Source: the human T2T-CHM13v2.0 reference genome, Homo sapiens. Taken from it: a stretch of 64,000 nucleotides of DNA. Positions 11,601 to 25,937 of the stretch are shown piece by piece; the first letter of the stretch is position 1, and the number at the start of each line of letters is the position of its first letter. Where the stretch lies: assembly GCF_009914755.1 (NCBI RefSeq), contig NC_060939.1; one strand, written 5' to 3'. A model generated the notes under the pieces. That model searched no databases. It was not told where the DNA came from and saw nothing but the letters and a program-made list of their open reading frames with translations. The position numbers were made by a program, and so were the translations under genes.

Positions 11601-12969
11601 TTGTTATGTGAGCATTCAACTCACAGAGTTGAACCTATCTTTTGATTGAGCAGTTTTGAATCTCTCATTTTGCAGAATCTGCAAGGGGATATTTGGAGCC
11701 CTTTGCGGCCTATGGTGGAAAAGGAAATACCTTCAAATGAAAAGCACACAGAGGCATTCTGAGAAACTTCCTCGTGATTGTGCATTCAACTCACAGAGTT
11801 AAACCTATCTTATGATTGACCAGTTTTGGAACACTCTTTTCATAGGATCTGCAAGTGGATATTTGGCGTGCTTTGAGGCCTATCGTGGAAAAGCAAATAA
11901 CTTCAGATAAAAACTATACAGAAGCATTCTGAGAAACTTCTTTGTGATGTGTGCATTGATCTCACAGAGTTGAAAGTGTATTTTGATTGAGCAGTTTTGA
12001 AACACTCTTTTTGTAGAATCTGCAAGTGGATAATTGGGGAGATTTGAGGTATATTGTGGAAAAGCAAGTATCTTCATATAAAAACTATACAGAAGCTTTC
12101 TGAGAAACATCTTTGTGAGGTTTGCATTCAACTCACAGAGCTGGAACTATCTTTTGAGTGACCAGTTTTGAATCTCTCTTTTTGTACAATCTGCAAGTGG
12201 ATATTTGGAGCGTTTTGAGGCCTACATTTGAAAATCAAATATCTTCCCTTAAAAGCTACACAGAAACATTCTCAGAAATTGTTTGTCATGTGTGCTTTCA
12301 AATTACCAAGTTGAACCTACCTTGTGATTGAGCAGTTTTGAATCTCTCTTTTTGTGGAATCTGCAAGTGGATATTTTTAGCCATTTGCGGACTGTGGTGG
12401 AAAAGGAATTATCTTCAAATCCATTCTACACAGAAGCATTCAGACAAACTTTTTGTGATGAGTGCATTGGTCACACAGAATTGAACCTCTCCTTTGATTG
12501 AGCAATTCTGAAACACTCTTTCAGAGGGTCTGCAAGTGGATATTTTAGAGCTTTGGGACAATTGTGGAAAAGTAAATATCTTCACATAGAAACTACACGG
12601 AAGCATTCTGAGAAACTTCTTTGGAGGTGTGCATTCAACTCACAGAGTTGAACCTATCTTTTCATTGAGCAGTTTTGAATCTCTCTTTTTGTAGACTCTG
12701 CTTGCAGATACTTGGAGAGCTTTGAGGCCTATTGTGGAAAAGGAATCATCTTCACATAAAAACACACAGAAGCACTCTGAGAAACTTCTTTGTGACGTGT
12801 GCATTCAACTCACAGAGTTGAACCTATCTTTTGATTGAGAAGCTTTGAATCTCTCTTTTTGTAGAAGCTGCATGTGGATATTTGGAGACGTTTGTGGCCT
12901 ATGGTAGAAAAGGCAATATCTTCAAATAAAAACTAGACAGAAGCATTTTGAGAAATTTCTCTGTGCTGT
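8647..12969 (+). repeat. HOR copy 3 (4323 bp)
   Basis: T7; tattg allele; private T>A at 9374; C at 12711 and 12796. Confidence 0.97.
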
Positions 12970-15900
12970 GTGCATTCATATCACATGGTTGAAACTACCT
13001 TTTGGTTGAGCAGTTTTGAATCTCTCTTTTTGTAACATCTGCAATGGATATTTGGAGCCCTTTGTGGTCTGTGGTGGAAAAGGAACTATCCTCAAATAAA
13101 AACTACACAGAAGTATTCCGAGAAACTTCCTTGTGATGTGTGCATTCATCTCACAGGGTTGAACCTTTGGTTTGATTGAGCAGTTTTGAGACAATCTTTC
13201 CATAGAATCTGGAAGTGAATATTTGGAGAACCTTGAGATCTATTTTGGAGAAGGAGATATCTTTATATGAAAACTGCACAGAAGCATTCTGAGAAACATC
13301 TTTGTGAGGTGTGCAATGAAGTCACAGAGTTGAAACTATGTTTTGATTCAGCAGTTTTGAGTCTCTCTTTTTGCAGAATCTGCGAGTGGATATCTGGAGA
13401 ACTTGGAGGCCTATTTGGAAAAGGAAATATCTTCACATATAAACTATGCAGAAGCATTTTGAGATTCTTCTTTGTGAGGTGTGCATTCAACTCACAGAGT
13501 TGAACTTATCTTTTCCTTGAGCACTTTCATATCTCATTTTCTGTAGAATCTGCAAGTGGATATTTGGAGCTCTTTGCACCCTGTGGTGGAAAGGGAACTA
13601 TCTTCATATAAAAACTACAAAGAAGCATTCAGAGAAACTTCTTGTGATGAATGCATTCCTCACACAGAGCTGAAACTTTCTTTTTATGGAGCAGTATTGA
13701 AACGCTCTTTTTGCAGAATCACCAAGTGGATATTTGGAGAGCTTTGGGGCCTGTTTTGGAAAATGAAATATCTTCAAAGTAAAACTACACAGAACCATTC
13801 TGAGAAACTTCTTTATGATGTGTGCATTCAACTCTCAGAGTTGAACCTACCTTATGATTGAGCAATTTGGAAACACTCTTTTTGTAGAGCCTGCAAGTGG
13901 ATATTTAGAACGATTTGAGGCCTATTGTGGAAAAGCAAATATCTTCACATAAAAACTACACAGAAGCATTCTGAGAAACTTCTTTGGCATGTGTGCATTC
14001 AACTAACAGTGTTGAACGTATCTTTTGATTGAGCAGCTTAGAATCTCTCTTTTTGTAGAAAATGCAAGTAGATATTTGGAGCCCCATTTTGCCCTATGGT
14101 AGAAAACAAAACATCTTCACATAAAATCTACACAGAAGCATTCTGAGAAACTTCTTTGTGATGTTTGCATTGAACTCCCAGAGTCGAACCTATCTTTTGA
14201 TAGAGCACTTTTGTATCTCTCTTTTTGCGGAATCTGCAAGTGGATATTTGGAAAGCTTGAGGCCTATTGTGAAAAAGGAAATATCTTCACATAAAAACTA
14301 CAGAGAAGCATTCTGAGAAACTTCTTTGTGAGGCATGGATTCAACCCACAGAGTTGGACTTATCATTGAGCAGTTTTGAATCTCTCTTTTTGTCGAATCT
14401 GCAAGTGGATATTTGGAGCCCTTTGCAACCTAGGGTGGAAAAGGAAATACCTTCAAATAAAAACTATATAGAAGCATTCCGTAAAACTTCTTTGTGACGT
14501 GTGCATTCGTCTCACAGAGTTGAACCTATCTAATGATTGAGCGGTTTTGAAACACTCATTTTGTAGAACCTGCAAGTGGATATTGGGAGTACTTTGTGGC
14601 CTTCTTTGGAAAAGGGAATATCTTCACATAAAAACTACAAAGAAGCATTCTGAGAAACTTCTTTGTGATGTGCGCATTCATCTCACAGTGTTGGACGTTT
14701 CTTTTGATAGGGCAGTTTTGAAACACTCTTTTTTTAGAATCTGCAAGTGGATATTTGGAGCGCTTTGAGGCCTAATGTGGAAAATCAAATATCTTCAAAT
14801 AAAAACTACACAGAGGCATTCTGAGAAACTTCTTTTTTGTGTGTGCATTCAACTCACATAGTTGAAGTAATCTTTGGATTTAGCTGTTTTGAATCTCCTT
14901 TTTGCAGAATCTGCAAGTTGATACTTGGAGCCCTGTTTCACCCTATAGTGGAAAAGCAAATATCTTCACATAAACAAACCCTACAGAGAAGCATTCAGAG
15001 AAAGTCCTTTGTGATGTGTGCATTGAACATGCAGAGTTGACACTATCTTTTGATTGTACAGTTTTGAATACGTCTTTTTGTAGAATCTGCAAGTGGAAGT
15101 TTGGAGCTGTTTGCACCCTGTGGTGTAAAAGGAAATATCTTCATATAAAAGCTACACAGAAGCATTCAGAAAGACTTCTTTGTGATGAATGCGTTCCTCA
15201 CACAGAGTTGAATCTTCCTTTTTATTGAGTAGTATTGAAACCCTCTTTTTGCAGAATAACCAGGTGGATATTTGGAGAGCTTTGAGGCCTGTTTTGGAAA
15301 AGCAAATATCTTCAAATTAAAACCACACAGAAGCATTCTGAGAAGCTTCTTTGTGATGTGTGCATTCAACTCTCAGAGTTCAACGTGTCTTATGATGGAG
15401 CAGTTTGGAAACACTCTTTTTTGTAGAAACTGCAAGTGGATATGTAGAGCGATTTGAGGCCTACTGTGGAAAAGCAAATATCTTCACATAACAACTACAC
15501 AGAAGCACTCCTAGAAACTTCTTTGTGATGTGTGAATTCAACTCACAGAGCTGAACCTATCTTTTGATGGAGTAGCTTAGAATCTCTCTTTTTTTAGAAT
15601 CTGCACGTGGATATTTGGAGCGCTTTGAGACCTAAAGTGGAAAAGCAAATATCTTCACATAAAATCTACATAGAGGCACTCTAAGAAACTTCTTTTTGAT
15701 GTGTGCATTCACCTCACAGAGCTGAACCGATCCTTCGAGTGACCAGTTTTGAATCTCTCTTTTTATACAATCTGCAAGTGGATATTTGGAGCCCTTTGCG
15801 GCCTATGGTGGAAAAGGAAATATCTTCAAATAAAAACTACACAGAAGCATTCTGAGTCCCTATTTTGGAAAAGAAAATATCTTCACTTAAACAACTACGC

Positions 15901-17291
15901 AGAAATACTGTGAGAAACTTCTTTGTTATGTGAGCATTCAACTCACAGAGTTGAACCTATCTTTTGATTGAGCAGTTTTGAATCTCTCATTTTGCAGAAT
16001 CTGCAAGGGGATATTTGGAGCCCTTTGCGGCCTATGGTGGAAAAGGAAATACCTTCAAATGAAAAGCACACAGAGGCATTCTGAGAAACTTCCTCGTGAT
16101 TGTGCATTCAACTCACAGAGTTAAACCTATCTTATGATTGACCAGTTTTGGAACACTCTTTTCATAGGATCTGCAAGTGGATATTTGGCGTGCTTTGAGG
16201 CCTATCGTGGAAAAGCAAATAACTTCAGATAAAAACTATACAGAAGCATTCTGAGAAACTTCTTTGTGATGTGTGCATTGATCTCACAGAGTTGAAAGTG
16301 TATTTTGATTGAGCAGTTTTGAAACACTCTTTTTGTAGAATCTGCAAGTGGATAATTGGGGAGATTTGAGGTATATTGTGGAAAAGCAAGTATCTTCATA
16401 TAAAAACTATACAGAAGCTTTCTGAGAAACATCTTTGTGAGGTTTGCATTCAACTCACAGAGCTGGAACTATCTTTTGAGTGACCAGTTTTGAATCTCTC
16501 TTTTTGTACAATCTGCAAGTGGATATTTGGAGCGTTTTGAGGCCTACATTTGAAAATCAAATATCTTCCCTTAAAAGCTACACAGAAACATTCTCAGAAA
16601 TTGTTTGTCATGTGTGCTTTCAAATTACCAAGTTGAACCTACCTTGTGATTGAGCAGTTTTGAATCTCTCTTTTTGTGGAATCTGCAAGTGGATATTTTT
16701 AGCCATTTGCGGACTGTGGTGGAAAAGGAATTATCTTCAAATCCATTCTACACAGAAGCATTCAGACAAACTTTTTGTGATGAGTGCATTGGTCACACAG
16801 AATTGAACCTCTCCTTTGATTGAGCAATTCTGAAACACTCTTTCAGAGGGTCTGCAAGTGGATATTTTAGAGCTTTGGGACAATTGTGGAAAAGTAAATA
16901 TCTTCACATAGAAACTACACGGAAGCATTCTGAGAAACTTCTTTGGAGGTGTGCATTCAACTCACAGAGTTGAACCTATCTTTTCATTGAGCAGTTTTGA
17001 ATCTCTCTTTTTGTAGACTCTGCTTGCAGATATTTGGAGAGCTTTGAGGCCTATTGTGGAAAAGGAATCATCTTCACATAAAAACACACAGAAGCACTCT
17101 GAGAAACTTCTTTGTGAAGTGTGCATTCAACTCACAGAGTTGAACCTATCTTTTGATTGAGAAGCTTTGAATCTCTCTTTTTGTAGAAGCTGCATGTGGA
17201 TATTTGGAGACGTTTGTGGCCTATGGTAGAAAAGGCAATATCTTCAAATAAAAACTAGACAGAAGCATTTTGAGAAATTTCTCTGTGCTGT
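12970..17291 (+). repeat. HOR copy 4 (4322 bp)
   Basis: T6; variants 13675 A, 14673 C, 14734 T, 14798 A. Confidence 0.97.
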
Positions 17292-20200
17292 GTGCATTCA
17301 TATCACATGGTTGAAACTACCTTTTGGTTGAGCAGTTTTGAATCTCTCTTTTTGTAACATCTGCAATGGATATTTGGAGCCCTTTGTGGTCTGTGGTGGA
17401 AAAGGAACTATCCTCAAATAAAAACTACACAGAAGTATTCCGAGAAACTTCCTTGTGATGTGTGCATTCATCTCACAGGGTTGAACCTTTGGTTTGATTG
17501 AGCAGTTTTGAGACAATCTTTCCATAGAATCTGGAAGTGAATATTTGGAGAACCTTGAGATCTATTTTGGAGAAGGAGATATCTTTATATGAAAACTGCA
17601 CAGAAGCATTCTGAGAAACATCTTTGTGAGGTGTGCAATGAAGTCACAGAGTTGAAACTATGTTTTGATTCAGCAGTTTTGAGTCTCTCTTTTTGCAGAA
17701 TCTGCGAGTGGATATCTGGAGAACTTGGAGGCCTATTTGGAAAAGGAAATATCTTCACATATAAACTATGCAGAAGCATTTTGAGATTCTTCTTTGTGAG
17801 GTGTGCATTCAACTCACAGAGTTGAACTTATCTTTTCCTTGAGCACTTTCATATCTCATTTTCTGTAGAATCTGCAAGTGGATATTTGGAGCTCTTTGCA
17901 CCCTGTGGTGGAAAGGGAACTATCTTCATATAAAAACTACAAAGAAGCATTCAGAGAAACTTCTTGTGATGAATGCATTCCTCACACAGAGCTGAACCTT
18001 TCTTTTTATGGAGCAGTATTGAAACGCTCTTTTTGCAGAATCACCAAGTGGATATTTGGAGAGCTTTGGGGCCTGTTTTGGAAAATGAAATATCTTCAAA
18101 GTAAAACTACACAGAACCATTCTGAGAAACTTCTTTATGATGTGTGCATTCAACTCTCAGAGTTGAACCTACCTTATGATTGAGCAATTTGGAAACACTC
18201 TTTTTGTAGAGCCTGCAAGTGGATATTTAGAACGATTTGAGGCCTATTGTGGAAAAGCAAATATCTTCACATAAAAACTACACAGAAGCATTCTGAGAAA
18301 CTTCTTTGGCATGTGTGCATTCAACTAACAGTGTTGAACGTATCTTTTGATTGAGCAGCTTAGAATCTCTCTTTTTGTAGAAAATGCAAGTAGATATTTG
18401 GAGCCCCATTTTGCCCTATGGTAGAAAACAAAACATCTTCACATAAAATCTACACAGAAGCATTCTGAGAAACTTCTTTGTGATGTTTGCATTGAACTCC
18501 CAGAGTCGAACCTATCTTTTGATAGAGCACTTTTGTATCTCTCTTTTTGCGGAATCTGCAAGTGGATATTTGGAAAGCTTGAGGCCTATTGTGAAAAAGG
18601 AAATATCTTCACATAAAAACTACAGAGAAGCATTCTGAGAAACTTCTTTGTGAGGCATGGATTCAACCCACAGAGTTGGACTTATCATTGAGCAGTTTTG
18701 AATCTCTCTTTTTGTCGAATCTGCAAGTGGATATTTGGAGCCCTTTGCAACCTAGGGTGGAAAAGGAAATACCTTCAAATAAAAACTATATAGAAGCATT
18801 CCGTAAAACTTCTTTGTGACGTGTGCATTCGTCTCACAGAGTTGAACCTATCTAATGATTGAGCGGTTTTGAAACACTCATTTTGTAGAACCTGCAAGTG
18901 GATATTGGGAGTACTTTGTGGCCTTCTTTGGAAAAGGGAATATCTTCACATAAAAACTACAAAGAAGCATTCTGAGAAACTTCTTTGTGATGTGTGCATT
19001 CATCTCACAGTGTTGGACGTTTCTTTTGATAGGGCAGTTTTGAAACACTCTTTTTCTAGAATCTGCAAGTGGATATTTGGAGCGCTTTGAGGCCTAATGT
19101 GGAAAATCAAATATCTTCACATAAAAACTACACAGAGGCATTCTGAGAAACTTCTTTTTTTGTGTGTGCATTCAACTCACATAGTTGAAGTAATCTTTGG
19201 ATTTAGCTGTTTTGAATCTCCTTTTTGCAGAATCTGCAAGTTGATACTTGGAGCCCTGTTTCACCCTATAGTGGAAAAGCAAATATCTTCACATAAACAA
19301 ACCCTACAGAGAAGCATTCAGAGAAAGTCCTTTGTGATGTGTGCATTGAACATGCAGAGTTGACACTATCTTTTGATTGTACAGTTTTGAATACGTCTTT
19401 TTGTAGAATCTGCAAGTGGAAGTTTGGAGCTGTTTGCACCCTGTGGTGTAAAAGGAAATATCTTCATATAAAAGCTACACAGAAGCATTCAGAAAGACTT
19501 CTTTGTGATGAATGCGTTCCTCACACAGAGTTGAATCTTCCTTTTTATTGAGTAGTATTGAAACCCTCTTTTTGCAGAATAACCAGGTGGATATTTGGAG
19601 AGCTTTGAGGCCTGTTTTGGAAAAGCAAATATCTTCAAATTAAAACCACACAGAAGCATTCTGAGAAGCTTCTTTGTGATGTGTGCATTCAACTCTCAGA
19701 GTTCAACGTGTCTTATGATGGAGCAGTTTGGAAACACTCTTTTTTGTAGAAACTGCAAGTGGATATGTAGAGCGATTTGAGGCCTACTGTGGAAAAGCAA
19801 ATATCTTCACATAACAACTACACAGAAGCACTCCTAGAAACTTCTTTGTGATGTGTGAATTCAACTCACAGAGCTGAACCTATCTTTTGATGGAGTAGCT
19901 TAGAATCTCTCTTTTTTTAGAATCTGCACGTGGATATTTGGAGCGCTTTGAGACCTAAAGTGGAAAAGCAAATATCTTCACATAAAATCTACATAGAGGC
20001 ACTCTAAGAAACTTCTTTTTGATGTGTGCATTCACCTCACAGAGCTGAACCGATCCTTCGAGTGACCAGTTTTGAATCTCTCTTTTTATACAATCTGCAA
20101 GTGGATATTTGGAGCCCTTTGCGGCCTATGGTGGAAAAGGAAATATCTTCAAATAAAAACTACACAGAAGCATTCTGAGTCCCTATTTTGGAAAAGAAAA

Positions 20201-21614
20201 TATCTTCACTTAAACAACTACGCAGAAATACTGTGAGAAACTTCTTTGTTATGTGAGCATTCAACTCACAGAGTTGAACCTATCTTTTGATTGAGCAGTT
20301 TTGAATCTCTCATTTTGCAGAATCTGCAAGGGGATATTTGGAGCCCTTTGCGGCCTATGGTGGAAAAGGAAATACCTTCAAATGAAAAGCACACAGAGGC
20401 ATTCTGAGAAACTTCCTCGTGATTGTGCATTCAACTCACAGAGTTAAACCTATCTTATGATTGACCAGTTTTGGAACACTCTTTTCATAGGATCTGCAAG
20501 TGGATATTTGGCGTGCTTTGAGGCCTATCGTGGAAAAGCAAATAACTTCAGATAAAAACTATACAGAAGCATTCTGAGAAACTTCTTTGTGATGTGTGCA
20601 TTGATCTCACAGAGTTGAAAGTGTATTTTGATTGAGCAGTTTTGAAACACTCTTTTTGTAGAATCTGCAAGTGGATAATTGGGGAGATTTGAGGTATATT
20701 GTGGAAAAGCAAGTATCTTCATATAAAAACTATACAGAAGCTTTCTGAGAAACATCTTTGTGAGGTTTGCATTCAACTCACAGAGCTGGAACTATCTTTT
20801 GAGTGACCAGTTTTGAATCTCTCTTTTTGTACAATCTGCAAGTGGATATTTGGAGCGTTTTGAGGCCTACATTTGAAAATCAAATATCTTCCCTTAAAAG
20901 CTACACAGAAACATTCTCAGAAATTGTTTGTCATGTGTGCTTTCAAATTACCAAGTTGAACCTACCTTGTGATTGAGCAGTTTTGAATCTCTCTTTTTGT
21001 GGAATCTGCAAGTGGATATTTTTAGCCATTTGCGGACTGTGGTGGAAAAGGAATTATCTTCAAATCCATTCTACACAGAAGCATTCAGACAAACTTTTTG
21101 TGATGAGTGCATTGGTCACACAGAATTGAACCTCTCCTTTGATTGAGCAATTCTGAAACACTCTTTCAGAGGGTCTGCAAGTGGATATTTTAGAGCTTTG
21201 GGACAATTGTGGAAAAGTAAATATCTTCACATAGAAACTACACGGAAGCATTCTGAGAAACTTCTTTGGAGGTGTGCATTCAACTCACAGAGTTGAACCT
21301 ATCTTTTCATTGAGCAGTTTTGAATCTCTCTTTTTGTAGACTCTGCTTGCAGATATTTGGAGAGCTTTGAGGCCTATTGTGGAAAAGGAATCATCTTCAC
21401 ATAAAAACACACAGAAGCACTCTGAGAAACTTCTTTGTGAAGTGTGCATTCAACTCACAGAGTTGAACCTATCTTTTGATTGAGAAGCTTTGAATCTCTC
21501 TTTTTGTAGAAGCTGCATGTGGATATTTGGAGACGTTTGTGGCCTATGGTAGAAAAGGCAATATCTTCAAATAAAAACTAGACAGAAGCATTTTGAGAAA
21601 TTTCTCTGTGCTGT
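17292..21614 (+). repeat. HOR copy 5 (4323 bp)
   Basis: T7; no difference from copy 1 noticed. Confidence 0.97.
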
Positions 21615-24600
21615 GTGCATTCATATCACATGGTTGAAACTACCTTTTGGTTGAGCAGTTTTGAATCTCTCTTTTTGTAACATCTGCAATGGATATTTGG
21701 AGCCCTTTGTGGTCTGTGGTGGAAAAGGAACTATCCTCAAATAAAAACTACACAGAAGTATTCCGAGAAACTTCCTTGTGATGTGTGCATTCATCTCACA
21801 GGGTTGAACCTTTGGTTTGATTGAGCAGTTTTGAGACAATCTTTCCATAGAATCTGGAAGTGAATATTTGGAGAACCTTGAGATCTATTTTGGAGAAGGA
21901 GATATCTTTATATGAAAACTGCACAGAAGCATTCTGAGAAACATCTTTGTGAGGTGTGCAATGAAGTCACAGAGTTGAAACTATGTTTTGATTCAGCAGT
22001 TTTGAGTCTCTCTTTTTGCAGAATCTGCGAGTGGATATCTGGAGAACTTGGAGGCCTATTTGGAAAAGGAAATATCTTCACATATAAACTATGCAGAAGC
22101 ATTTTGAGATTCTTCTTTGTGAGGTGTGCATTCAACTCACAGAGTTGAACTTATCTTTTCCTTGAGCACTTTCATATCTCATTTTCTGTAGAATCTGCAA
22201 GTGGATATTTGGAGCTCTTTGCACCCTGTGGTGGAAAGGGAACTATCTTCATATAAAAACTACAAAGAAGCATTCAGAGAAACTTCTTGTGATGAATGCA
22301 TTCCTCACACAGAGCTGAACCTTTCTTTTTATTGAGCAGTATTGAAACGCTCTTTTTGCAGAATCACCAAGTGGATATTTGGAGAGCTTTGGGGCCTGTT
22401 TTGGAAAATGAAATATCTTCAAAGTAAAACTACACAGAACCATTCTGAGAAACTTCTTTATGATGTGTGCATTCAACTCTCAGAGTTGAACCTACCTTAT
22501 GATTGAGCAATTTGGAAACACTCCTTTTGTAGAGCCTGCAAGTGGATATTTAGAACGATTTGAGGCCTATTGTGGAAAAGCAAATATCTTCACATAAAAA
22601 CTACACAGAAGCATTCTGAGAAACTTCTTTGGCATGTGTGCATTCAACTAACAGTGTTGAACGTATCTTTTGATTGAGCAGCTTAGAATCTCTCTTTTTG
22701 TAGAAAATGCAAGTAGATATTTGGAGCCCCATTTTGCCCTATGGTAGAAAACAAAACATCTTCACATAAAATCTACACAGAAGCATTCTGAGAAACTTCT
22801 TTGTGATGTTTGCATTGAACTCCCAGAGTCGAACCTATCTTTTGATAGAGCACTTTTGTATCTCTCTTTTTGCGGAATCTGCAAGTGGATATTTGGAAAG
22901 CTTGAGGCCTATTGTGAAAAAGGAAATATCTTCACATAAAAACTACAGAGAAGCATTCTGAGAAACTTCTTTGTGAGGCATGGATTCAACCCACAGAGTT
23001 GGACTTATCATTGAGCAGTTTTGAATCTCTCTTTTTGTCGAATCTGCAAGTGGATATTTGGAGCCCTTTGCAACCTAGGGTGGAAAAGGAAATACCTTCA
23101 AATAAAAACTATATAGAAGCATTCCGTAAAACTTCTTTGTGACGTGTGCATTCGTCTCACAGAGTTGAACCTATCTAATGATTGAGCGGTTTTGAAACAC
23201 TCATTTTGTAGAACCTGCAAGTGGATATTGGGAGTACTTTGTGGCCTTCTTTGGAAAAGGGAATATCTTCACATAAAAACTACAAAGAAGCATTCTGAGA
23301 AACTTCTTTGTGATGTGTGCATTCATCTCACAGTGTTGGACGTTTCTTTTGATAGGGCAGTTTTGAAACACTCTTTTTCTAGAATCTGCAAGTGGATATT
23401 TGGAGCGCTTTGAGGCCTAATGTGGAAAATCAAATATCTTCACATAAAAACTACACAGAGGCATTCTGAGAAACTTCTTTTTTTGTGTGTGCATTCAACT
23501 CACATAGTTGAAGTAATCTTTGGATTTAGCTGTTTTGAATCTCCTTTTTGCAGAATCTGCAAGTTGATACTTGGAGCCCTGTTTCACCCTATAGTGGAAA
23601 AGCAAATATCTTCACATAAACAAACCCTACAGAGAAGCATTCAGAGAAAGTCCTTTGTGATGTGTGCATTGAACATGCAGAGTTGACACTATCTTTTGAT
23701 TGTACAGTTTTGAATACGTCTTTTTGTAGAATCTGCAAGTGGAAGTTTGGAGCTGTTTGCACCCTGTGGTGTAAAAGGAAATATCTTCATATAAAAGCTA
23801 CACAGAAGCATTCAGAAAGACTTCTTTGTGATGAATGCGTTCCTCACACAGAGTTGAATCTTCCTTTTTATTGAGTAGTATTGAAACCCTCTTTTTGCAG
23901 AATAACCAGGTGGATATTTGGAGAGCTTTGAGGCCTGTTTTGGAAAAGCAAATATCTTCAAATTAAAACCACACAGAAGCATTCTGAGAAGCTTCTTTGT
24001 GATGTGTGCATTCAACTCTCAGAGTTCAACGTGTCTTATGATGGAGCAGTTTGGAAACACTCTTTTTTGTAGAAACTGCAAGTGGATATGTAGAGCGATT
24101 TGAGGCCTACTGTGGAAAAGCAAATATCTTCACATAACAACTACACAGAAGCACTCCTAGAAACTTCTTTGTGATGTGTGAATTCAACTCACAGAGCTGA
24201 ACCTATCTTTTGATGGAGTAGCTTAGAATCTCTCTTTTTTTAGAATCTGCACGTGGATATTTGGAGCGCTTTGAGACCTAAAGTGGAAAAGCAAATATCT
24301 TCACATAAAATCTACATAGAGGCACTCTAAGAAACTTCTTTTTGATGTGTGCATTCACCTCACAGAGCTGAACCGATCCTTCGAGTGACCAGTTTTGAAT
24401 CTCTCTTTTTATACAATCTGCAAGTGGATATTTGGAGCCCTTTGCGGCCTATGGTGGAAAAGGAAATATCTTCAAATAAAAACTACACAGAAGCATTCTG
24501 AGTCCCTATTTTGGAAAAGAAAATATCTTCACTTAAACAACTACGCAGAAATACTGTGAGAAACTTCTTTGTTATGTGAGCATTCAACTCACAGAGTTGA

Positions 24601-25937
24601 ACCTATCTTTTGATTGAGCAGTTTTGAATCTCTCATTTTGCAGAATCTGCAAGGGGATATTTGGAGCCCTTTGCGGCCTATGGTGGAAAAGGAAATACCT
24701 TCAAATGAAAAGCACACAGAGGCATTCTGAGAAACTTCCTCGTGATTGTGCATTCAACTCACAGAGTTAAACCTATCTTATGATTGACCAGTTTTGGAAC
24801 ACTCTTTTCATAGGATCTGCAAGTGGATATTTGGCGTGCTTTGAGGCCTATCGTGGAAAAGCAAATAACTTCAGATAAAAACTATACAGAAGCATTCTGA
24901 GAAACTTCTTTGTGATGTGTGCATTGATCTCACAGAGTTGAAAGTGTATTTTGATTGAGCAGTTTTGAAACACTCTTTTTGTAGAATCTGCAAGTGGATA
25001 ATTGGGGAGATTTGAGGTATATTGTGGAAAAGCAAGTATCTTCATATAAAAACTATACAGAAGCTTTCTGAGAAACATCTTTGTGAGGTTTGCATTCAAC
25101 TCACAGAGCTGGAACTATCTTTTGAGTGACCAGTTTTGAATCTCTCTTTTTGTACAATCTGCAAGTGGATATTTGGAGCGTTTTGAGGCCTACATTTGAA
25201 AATCAAATATCTTCCCTTAAAAGCTACACAGAAACATTCTCAGAAATTGTTTGTCATGTGTGCTTTCAAATTACCAAGTTGAACCTACCTTGTGATTGAG
25301 CAGTTTTGAATCTCTCTTTTTGTGGAATCTGCAAGTGGATATTTTTAGCCATTTGCGGACTGTGGTGGAAAAGGAATTATCTTCAAATCCATTCTACACA
25401 GAAGCATTCAGACAAACTTTTTGTGATGAGTGCATTGGTCACACAGAATTGAACCTCTCCTTTGATTGAGCAATTCTGAAACACTCTTTCAGAGGGTCTG
25501 CAAGTGGATATTTTAGAGCTTTGGGACAATTGTGGAAAAGTAAATATCTTCACATAGAAACTACACGGAAGCATTCTGAGAAACTTCTTTGGAGGTGTGC
25601 ATTCAACTCACAGAGTTGAACCTATCTTTTCATTGAGCAGTTTTGAATCTCTCTTTTTGTAGACTCTGCTTGCAGATACTTGGAGAGCTTTGAGGCCTAT
25701 TGTGGAAAAGGAATCATCTTCACATAAAAACACACAGAAGCACTCTGAGAAACTTCTTTGTGACGTGTGCATTCAACTCACAGAGTTGAACCTATCTTTT
25801 GATTGAGAAGCTTTGAATCTCTCTTTTTGTAGAAGCTGCATGTGGATATTTGGAGACGTTTGTGGCCTATGGTAGAAAAGGCAATATCTTCAAATAAAAA
25901 CTAGACAGAAGCATTTTGAGAAATTTCTCTGTGCTGT
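21615..25937 (+). repeat. HOR copy 6 (4323 bp)
   Basis: T7; tattg allele; private T>C at 22524; C at 25679 and 25764 (as in copy 3). Confidence 0.97.
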